A stretch of DNA of 64,000 bases, from assembly GCA_964609025.1 (NCBI GenBank), contig CAZSQM010000005.1:35402-99401 (forward strand). The letters are read 5' to 3'. This DNA is from an uncultured Lachnospiraceae bacterium. GTDB lineage: Bacteria; Bacillota; Clostridia; Lachnospirales; Lachnospiraceae. The notes beneath the pieces were generated by a model that ran no database searches, had not been told where the DNA came from, and worked only from the letters and a program-made list of their open reading frames with translations. The translations under genes were made by a program, and so were the position numbers. Below are positions 58,338-64,000 of the stretch, piece after piece (the stretch's first letter is position 1; each line of letters starts with the position of its first letter).

Positions 58338-59756
58338 ATGGCAGCAAAGCAAGCCAGAAACGCACTCAATCCCTATCTTCCGTCCTGGGAATATATTCCG
58401 GACGGTGAACCCTATGTCTTTGGCGACCGGGTTTATATTTACGGTTCCCACGACTTATTTAACGGTCATGTATTCTGTCTTGGCGATTATGTATGCTGGT
58501 CCGCACCTGTGGACCGGCTCGGCGACTGGAGATACGAAGGCGTCATCTATCCAAAGACCGCAGACCCGCTAAACCGCGACGGAAAAATGTGTCTGTATGC
58601 CCCGGATGTCACCGTGGGCCCGGACGGGCGGTATTACCTTTACTATGTCCTGGATCATGTATCGGTTGTTTCCGTGGCAGTCTGCGACACACCGGCAGGA
58701 AACTATGAATTTTACGGCTATGTCCACTATGCGGACGGGACGCGTTTGGGCGAACGGCCGGGGGATGAACCGCAGTTTGACCCGGGCGTTCTGACCGAGG
58801 GAAACAAAACGTATCTCTACACCGGTTTTTGCGGCAGAGGCGATAAAAGCAGAACGGGAGCTATGGCAACCGTACTTGCTTCCGATATGCTCACTATTTT
58901 GGAGGAACCGGTATTTGTAGTTCCGGGCAGCGAGTACAGCGCAGGCACGGGCTTTGAAGGTCACGCCTTTTTTGAAGCTCCTTCCATCCGCAAAATCGGC
59001 GACACTTATTATTTCATTTATTCCTCCGAGGTCATGCATGAATTGTGCTATGCAACCGCAAAGAACCCGACGGAAAAGTTTACCTACGGCGGCGTAATTA
59101 TAAGCAACTGCGACCTGCATATCGACACCTACAAGCCTGCGGATATGCCGGCGGCGTACGGTGCCAACAACCACGGCAGTATCGTTCGGATTTTAGAGCA
59201 ATGGTACATTTTCTATCACCGCCACACCAACGGCACCTGGTACAGCAGACAGGGCTGTGCGGAAAAGATTTCCGTACTTGCGGACGGAAGCATTCCCCAG
59301 GCGGAACTCACCTCCTGCGGCTTAAACGGCGGGCCGCTTCCGGGTTGCGGCGAATATCCGGCATATCTTGCCTGCAATCTTTTTACCGACACGCCGCATC
59401 CGTATGTAGGCGGGGACGCATTTCCGAAGATAACGCAGGACGGCCGCGACGGCGACGAGGAGGAGGGCTACATTGCCAACATACAGAACTCCGCAACGGC
59501 AGGCTTTAAATATTTCGACTGTAAAAATGTGACCGGCTTCGCCGTTACTACCCGCGGCTACGCAAACGGCACCTTTGAGATAAAAACCGCCTGGGACGGC
59601 GAAGTTTTAGGCCGTATCACACTTCAGTATACAAACGTATGGGAGCGCTATGTGACCCCGGTCCGGATTCCGGACGGTGTCCATGCGATTTACCTGACCT
59701 ACCGTGGCGACGGAAACGCCAGCTTAAAATCCTTTGAACTTCTCACTGCGGAATAA
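58338..59756 (+). CDS. Glycoside hydrolase family 43-like protein with a C-terminal beta-sandwich (CBM-like) domain
   Basis: The N-terminus YLPSWEYIPDGEPYVFGDRVYIYGSHD and the five-bladed propeller pattern are typical of GH43. The C-terminal 130 aa resemble a CBM6/35-like module. Confidence 0.65.
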   Translation: MAAKQARNALNPYLPSWEYIPDGEPYVFGDRVYIYGSHDLFNGHVFCLGDYVCWSAPVDRLGDWRYEGVIYPKTADPLNRDGKMCLYAPDVTVGPDGRYYLYYVLDHVSVVSVAVCDTPAGNYEFYGYVHYADGTRLGERPGDEPQFDPGVLTEGNKTYLYTGFCGRGDKSRTGAMATVLASDMLTILEEPVFVVPGSEYSAGTGFEGHAFFEAPSIRKIGDTYYFIYSSEVMHELCYATAKNPTEKFTYGGVIISNCDLHIDTYKPADMPAAYGANNHGSIVRILEQWYIFYHRHTNGTWYSRQGCAEKISVLADGSIPQAELTSCGLNGGPLPGCGEYPAYLACNLFTDTPHPYVGGDAFPKITQDGRDGDEEEGYIANIQNSATAGFKYFDCKNVTGFAVTTRGYANGTFEIKTAWDGEVLGRITLQYTNVWERYVTPVRIPDGVHAIYLTYRGDGNASLKSFELLTAE

Positions 59757-59764
59757 CCGCAGAA

Positions 59765-59810
59765 GGAAGGGGCCGCCGCAAAATTCCGCGGCAGCCCCTT
59801 CTTTTTTCGG
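59765..59810 (+). terminator. Rho-independent terminator after the GH43 gene
   Basis: Stem gaaggggccgccgc / gcggcagccccttc with one mismatch, followed by tttttt. Confidence 0.6.
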
Positions 59811-59811
59811 T

Positions 59812-60321
59812 TTAGGAAACGATTCCCAGCACTTTCAATATCCAATACACCAGCCCTAACACCCAGCTGGTAAAAATCCCGTACAAAATCACCGGCCCCG
59901 CAATCGTAAAGATTTTGCAGCCGATACCGAATACCTGTCCTTCCTTGCTGTATTCGATTGCGGAGGCCGCCACGGAGTTCGCAAAGCCGGTAATCGGTAC
60001 AACACTGCCCGCACCGGCATACTTTGTCAGCTTCTGATAAAGATTGAGACCGGTAGTTAAGGCAGACAAAAAAATCAGCGTAATGATGACATACAGGGCG
60101 GCATCCTCTTTCTTTGCACCCCAACTCAGATACAAATTAGTGAGCGCCTGCCCTAACGTACAAATCGCTCCGCCTGCCGCAAACGCCCAGCAAATATTAA
60201 TCCACGGATTATGCTTCGGCGTGACCTGTTCCACATACCTGTTATACTTTTCGTCCCGTTTCACACTGTCGGTTTCCTTTACCACCTCGTGTATCATACG
60301 CTTTCTTTCTTTTTCATCCAT
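59812..60321 (-). CDS. spoVAC: Stage V sporulation protein AC
   Basis: ...TPKHNPWINICWAFAAGGAICTLGQ...VVPITGFANSVA are SpoVAC/SpoVAE-family motifs. 169 aa. Confidence 0.75.
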   Translation of the reverse strand: MDEKERKRMIHEVVKETDSVKRDEKYNRYVEQVTPKHNPWINICWAFAAGGAICTLGQALTNLYLSWGAKKEDAALYVIITLIFLSALTTGLNLYQKLTKYAGAGSVVPITGFANSVAASAIEYSKEGQVFGIGCKIFTIAGPVILYGIFTSWVLGLVYWILKVLGIVS

Positions 60322-60400
60322 TCGATGCCGCTCCCTTCTCGCAAAAACGGTGATTGTAGCTCCTGCCGCGTAAAGCCTTTTCTCCTGCGGCTTTTACGCT

Positions 60401-60856
60401 TTATTTCCCTGCGCCGAGCACAAGCTGATACCACGCGCCAAACCCTTTCCCGACTGCAAACGCCACTACCACGAGCGGCATTCCCACCTGCAGCTTGATT
60501 CTTTTTGCAAAGACCGGAAGCACTCTTACCACCTCGGCCAGTGCCGCCGCAAGACACCCGACAAAGATGCCGGAAAACCAGCCGAATGCCGTCCGGCACA
60601 GCGTTCCGCAGAAAAGCTCTATTTGAAACAGGTCAAAGAGATTGGCTAGCGTTATGCCGAACACGGCGACGCTTTCGTACAGCATCGTATATTTTGCCGT
60701 TTTCGTTCCTGCCGCAAGTCTTGTCACCACGCCGACCGTCGTAATAAATGCAAACAGGCCGGCCGCCACGGCTATGCCGAAAAAAATCCCTATGGGGCAA
60801 TACACTGCCGCTCGCAAAATCTCAGACATCTTCCTTCTTTCCCTCCCTGGACGCAT
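60401..60856 (-). CDS. spoVAB: Stage V sporulation protein AB
   Basis: Small 4-TM protein. Its position between spoVAA and spoVAC matches the spoVA operon order. The real start may be the internal Met at about 60829. Confidence 0.6.
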   Translation of the reverse strand: MRPGRERRKMSEILRAAVYCPIGIFFGIAVAAGLFAFITTVGVVTRLAAGTKTAKYTMLYESVAVFGITLANLFDLFQIELFCGTLCRTAFGWFSGIFVGCLAAALAEVVRVLPVFAKRIKLQVGMPLVVVAFAVGKGFGAWYQLVLGAGK

Positions 60857-61457
60857 TCTCGATAATCGTGGTATTCACATCTTTCTCATACTGTCGCATC
60901 TGCACCTGAAGCGGAGTAGGGTCGCTGTCGATTTTCTTCCGCAGAAAATGATTGAAAAACAGAATAATCCCAATCGGAATACCGATGCTGTACGCAACCT
61001 CCAGTTCGCCCGGTGCGCCCCGTTCCGCCCCTTCCGTCAGTTTATAAATCAGCGCAAAAATTTCCTCTACACTGGCATCCTTATTAAAGGTAATAATCGT
61101 AAACGCGGCACCGAAAAATACCGTCAGACAGACAAAGGCTGCTTTTCCCCAGTCCAGTGCCTTTTTATACTTGTTCTTTTCCGCCGGTTTGTATTCCACA
61201 ATAAAGTCCGGCTCCCCAAGCGGGGTAACGAAAACCTCCGGGTATGCCGCCCCGATCAGTTCGATTACCTTCATTACGCAAAAAGCCTGTTTCTTTTTCT
61301 TCTTTTCCGGAAACACATGCAGTTCGATTGCCCCGACTTTCTGCTTTATTACCGGGTCGTTTGCATAAATCGAAGCCACGTCGGAAAGAACGACTCTGCG
61401 CTTATTGACAAGGCTGCACTGTCCAACATATAAAAATACGGTTACCTGCTGTGACAT
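60822..61457 (-). CDS. spoVAA: Stage V sporulation protein AA
   Basis: Position directly after sigF and the conserved N-terminus MSQQVTVFLYVGQCSL. The start is at the ATG at 61457. Confidence 0.7.
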   Translation of the reverse strand: MSQQVTVFLYVGQCSLVNKRRVVLSDVASIYANDPVIKQKVGAIELHVFPEKKKKKQAFCVMKVIELIGAAYPEVFVTPLGEPDFIVEYKPAEKNKYKKALDWGKAAFVCLTVFFGAAFTIITFNKDASVEEIFALIYKLTEGAERGAPGELEVAYSIGIPIGIILFFNHFLRKKIDSDPTPLQVQMRQYEKDVNTTIIENASREGKKEDV

Positions 61458-61627
61458 AAACGCTCTCCTTGCCAAGGCTGCTCTGCAATCCGCATATACG
61501 CCTCACGATACACCAGAGTTCCTTCCGGAATATCCTCCGGTTTTCGCAGATACCAGATAAAAAAGAGAATGACTGCCAAAAGAACAACTGCCGCAACCGC
61601 CAGCGCAACTCTTTGTTTTACTGTCAT
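61442..61627 (-). CDS. Possible small membrane protein of 61 aa between sigF and spoVAA
   Basis: One TM helix (VALAVAAVVLLAVILFFIWYL). The RBS is weak (GGTGAAAGG). It overlaps the spoVAA start by 16 nt. The call is uncertain. Confidence 0.3.
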   Translation of the reverse strand: MTVKQRVALAVAAVVLLAVILFFIWYLRKPEDIPEGTLVYREAYMRIAEQPWQGERLCHSR

Positions 61628-61680
61628 CCTTTCACCGCCTTTCGTAATACTGACGGAAGTATGTGCCGTTTTTGTACAAA

Positions 61681-62394
61681 CTATGCAAGTAAACTTCTCA
61701 TATGCTGCAATATTTTCTTTTCCATCCGGCTTACCTGAACCTGACTGACGCCAAGCATCCCCGCAATCTCCGTCTGCGTCTTGTTCTCAAAATAACGCAG
61801 TCGGATCAGCCGACGTTCTTCTTCCCCAAGCGCGTCTAAAAGCTGCTTTGTCACAAGCTGATTAACAATCCGTTCCGTAGCGTCCTCTTCTCCCGCCAGC
61901 CGCTCCGCCAGTGTACTTTCGGTTCCGTCCGCACGGCTGATCGGCTTTGACAGGGATTCCACTTCCGTACACGCTTCCATGGCAAGTACAATATCTTCCA
62001 TGTCAAGCCCCGTGTCCTCTGCGATTTCCTCTAACGTAGCGTCCCTGCCGAGCCGGGCCAGCAGCCGCTCGCCGGAGGCTTTGAGGCGGATATTGTTTTC
62101 CTTTAAGGTCCTGCTTACCTTTATCATTCCGTCGTCCCTGAGAAAACGTTTGATTTCGCCGCTTATCATCGGTACCGCATAGGTAGAGAATTTCACATCA
62201 AAGGTCACATCAAACTTATCGATTGCTTTCATCAGCCCGATGGTCCCTATCTGAAACAAATCCTCCGCTTCGCAGCCGCGTCCGGTAAAACGCCGCACCA
62301 TACTCCAAACCAGTCCGACATTTTCGGTAATCAGCTGCTCCCTAGCCTGTCTGTCCCCCGCCTGCGAAAGACGTATCAGTCCGATTGTATCCAA
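61681..62394 (-). CDS. sigF: Sporulation sigma factor SigF
   Basis: Sigma-70 regions 2-4 are present. It sits in the canonical position after spoIIAA-spoIIAB (MDTIGLIRLSQAGDRQAREQLITENVGLVWSMVRRF...). Confidence 0.85.
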   Translation of the reverse strand: MDTIGLIRLSQAGDRQAREQLITENVGLVWSMVRRFTGRGCEAEDLFQIGTIGLMKAIDKFDVTFDVKFSTYAVPMISGEIKRFLRDDGMIKVSRTLKENNIRLKASGERLLARLGRDATLEEIAEDTGLDMEDIVLAMEACTEVESLSKPISRADGTESTLAERLAGEEDATERIVNQLVTKQLLDALGEEERRLIRLRYFENKTQTEIAGMLGVSQVQVSRMEKKILQHMRSLLA

Positions 62395-62410
62395 GTTTTC
62401 CTCCCTCCGT

Positions 62411-62836
62411 TTACCCGATTACTTTACGCATCCTGATTACAGTTCCTTCCCCCACTGCCGATTCCACTACCAGCTCGTCCGTAAACGCCTCCATAAAGGA
62501 AAAGCCCATGCCGGAACGCTCCAACTCCGGTTTTGTGGTATACATCGGTTCCATTGCCGCCGCAATATCCGCGATTCCGCTTCCGGTATCCTTAATCCGA
62601 AAGAATACCTCCCGCCCCTTTCTCGCACACCAGAGCTCCACAATTCCTTCTTCTTGTCCGTACCCATGAATAATTGCATTGGTTACGGCTTCCGAAACCG
62701 CCGTTTTCGTATCCGCAAGCTCGGTTAACGTCGGGTTTAACGGGGTCAGAAATGCCGCCACCGTCATTCGCGCCAATGCCTCATTACAGGATTTTGCCTG
62801 AAAGGTCAGACACATCTCGTTATCATATTTCTCCAC
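62411..62836 (-). CDS. spoIIAB: Anti-sigma F factor SpoIIAB (serine kinase)
   Basis: GHKL ATPase motifs (EAVTNAIIHG, IKDTGSGI, GMGFSFM). 141 aa. Confidence 0.85.
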   Translation of the reverse strand: MEKYDNEMCLTFQAKSCNEALARMTVAAFLTPLNPTLTELADTKTAVSEAVTNAIIHGYGQEEGIVELWCARKGREVFFRIKDTGSGIADIAAAMEPMYTTKPELERSGMGFSFMEAFTDELVVESAVGEGTVIRMRKVIG

Positions 62837-62869
62837 TCTCCTGCCTCCTTTTTTCTTCTCGCTTTTCTG

Positions 62870-63232
62870 TCATCTGCCGCCGAAGCTCTCTTTTGCCGGG
62901 CGCAGAAACGCCTCCTCTGCCGTTTCGTATTGCTCTACAATTTTATAAAGCCCCGAAAACGTAAGAATCCGTTCCACATTTTTCCCGACGCCCATGACTC
63001 CGACGCGTCCTCCCTGAAAAATAACCTGCCGATAACGTCCCATAATCACTCCGATTCCCGAACTGTCCATAAAATCCACACCGGTAAAATCAAACAGGAT
63101 ATGCTTTGCATGGCTTCGCGCCAATAAACTATCCGCTGTTTCCCGTACCGCCAACGCGGTATGATGGTCCAAATCTGCCTTCAAATGAATGATTAAAATG
63201 TTGTTCCGTACTTCATACTCAGCCGCCTGCAT
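62870..63232 (-). CDS. spoIIAA: Anti-sigma F factor antagonist SpoIIAA (STAS domain)
   Basis: STAS-domain pattern with a phosphorylatable Ser in the DSSGIGV motif. 120 aa. RBS AAAGGAGG. Confidence 0.85.
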   Translation of the reverse strand: MQAAEYEVRNNILIIHLKADLDHHTALAVRETADSLLARSHAKHILFDFTGVDFMDSSGIGVIMGRYRQVIFQGGRVGVMGVGKNVERILTFSGLYKIVEQYETAEEAFLRPAKESFGGR

Positions 63233-63244
63233 TTTTCCTCCTTT

Positions 63245-63290
63245 CCCGCAGAAAAAAAGGAAGACATGTTCTTACCATGTCTTCCTTCGT
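63245..63290 (-). terminator. Rho-independent terminator of the upstream TPR gene, lying 18 nt before the spoIIAA RBS
   Basis: Perfect 12-bp stem aaggaagacatg / catgtcttcctt with loop ttcttac, followed on the minus strand by ttttttt. Confidence 0.65.
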
Positions 63291-63313
63291 AACAGCCTCT
63301 GCGATTTTCTATG

Positions 63314-64000
63314 TTAATTCAACCCGTCCATACACTGATGCGCCATTTCCGCGCGCTCGCTGCCCGGATATTGATTAACTACCATCTGTAAATAAATTCT
63401 TGCCTTGCTCTCATCCCCGCTGCGCTGATAGGAACGCCCGAGAAAGTACAACGTATCCGCGTCCGTACCGCCCACGCGGTAAACTGCCTCCAAATATGAT
63501 ATCGCATCTTCATACTTTCCGGCATTATATAACTCATGCCCGTACTCATACCCGTACACTTTTATCTTATCGGATACCTCCTTCAGAATCTCCTGATACA
63601 GCGCCGCAGTTTTCCAACGGGCAGACGCCGTTTCTTTCCGCTCTAGCAGCCGGTCCGCATAAGAAATCAAGTCATCCAGTACCGACGCGGGAGCTTCCTC
63701 TTCCTCGGCCTTTGCTATCTTCTCCTGTATTTTTGGATACTCCGCAATCAGAAGAAGCACCTCTTCATACGCCGCCGCATCAAACGCAGTTGCCGATTCG
63801 TTCTCCTGCTTCAGCGCCGCAAGGCTGCTCTCCGCTTTCGCAAGCTTGTCCTCCAAATCCCTTTTCTCATTCTGCAAAACGGAAATCGATGCCGTATAGG
63901 AAGCAATTTCCGCGCCGTAATCCCGTTCTTCGCCTGCGTACTCCGCCTTCACATTCGAGCGCACCGTCGGGACTACCAGCCAGTAGAGTACCGCAATTCC
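63314..64000 (-). CDS. Membrane-anchored TPR-repeat protein; partial, because the N-terminus runs past the window edge
   Basis: C-terminal TPR repeats (YFLGRSYQRSGDESKARIYLQMVVNQYPGSERAEMA). The reading frame stays open to position 64000. The upstream codons encode a TM helix (IAVLYWLVVPT). Confidence 0.55.
   Translation of the reverse strand, partial: GIAVLYWLVVPTVRSNVKAEYAGEERDYGAEIASYTASISVLQNEKRDLEDKLAKAESSLAALKQENESATAFDAAAYEEVLLLIAEYPKIQEKIAKAEEEEAPASVLDDLISYADRLLERKETASARWKTAALYQEILKEVSDKIKVYGYEYGHELYNAGKYEDAISYLEAVYRVGGTDADTLYFLGRSYQRSGDESKARIYLQMVVNQYPGSERAEMAHQCMDGLN

Noticed and set aside
1-64000. Searched for an integrase, phage structural genes, conjugation genes, and tRNA/rRNA genes
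   Set aside because: I found none. The only recombinase-like gene is the Rpn-family protein. The spoVA-splitting island has no recognisable mobility gene, so I describe it as an island and not as a defined mobile element.

Overview
This 64-kb window reads as chromosomal DNA from a spore-forming Firmicute, probably a Clostridia-class anaerobe of roughly 50-55% GC. Almost all genes lie on the minus strand. I found no rRNA, tRNA or CRISPR array.

In order, the window contains:
(1) A surface-polysaccharide (capsule/EPS/O-antigen-like) biosynthesis locus at 0.1-15.8 kb. It encodes a Wzx flippase, two GT2 and one GT4 glycosyltransferases, a NodB deacetylase, a B12-binding radical-SAM enzyme, a Wzz-like chain-length determinant and a CapD/PglF-type dehydratase. 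It also holds an unusual 684-aa fusion of a DegT-like PLP domain with a FemAB-like aminoacyltransferase domain, and an Rpn/YhgA-type putative transposase inserted between wzz and capD.
(2) ispF, carrying a Cys/Gly-rich C-terminal tail, and mutY.
(3) A 1220-aa bitopic protein that joins a GH127-like domain to a GH25 muramidase domain through a transmembrane helix, followed by a CotH-like secreted protein with a G/W/N/E-rich tandem-repeat tail, then xylulokinase.
(4) A tight three-gene operon at 25.2-31.0 kb: a PD-(D/E)XK nuclease fused to an XPD/DinG-like helicase, followed by two translationally coupled MutS-like ATPases that lack the mismatch-binding and Smr domains. I rate this the best candidate for an undescribed DNA-surveillance or defence module.
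(5) A flotillin/NfeD pair, an XRE regulator, a MacB-like ABC ATPase-permease fusion, a SigY-like ECF sigma module with its own ECF-type promoter, and asd, dusB, coaX, a LiaF-like protein, argF and a lipoprotein.
(6) Sporulation genes. spoVAD-spoVAEB sit about 12.6 kb from spoVAC-spoVAB-spoVAA and spoIIAA-spoIIAB-sigF. The gap is filled by an accessory island encoding an ECF S-component, a DinB-like protein, a BMP-type ABC transporter, a MATE exporter, and AraC/GH27/GH43 genes with a perfect 20-bp palindromic operator.

Several strong rho-independent terminators and sigma-A promoters can be read directly from the sequence.
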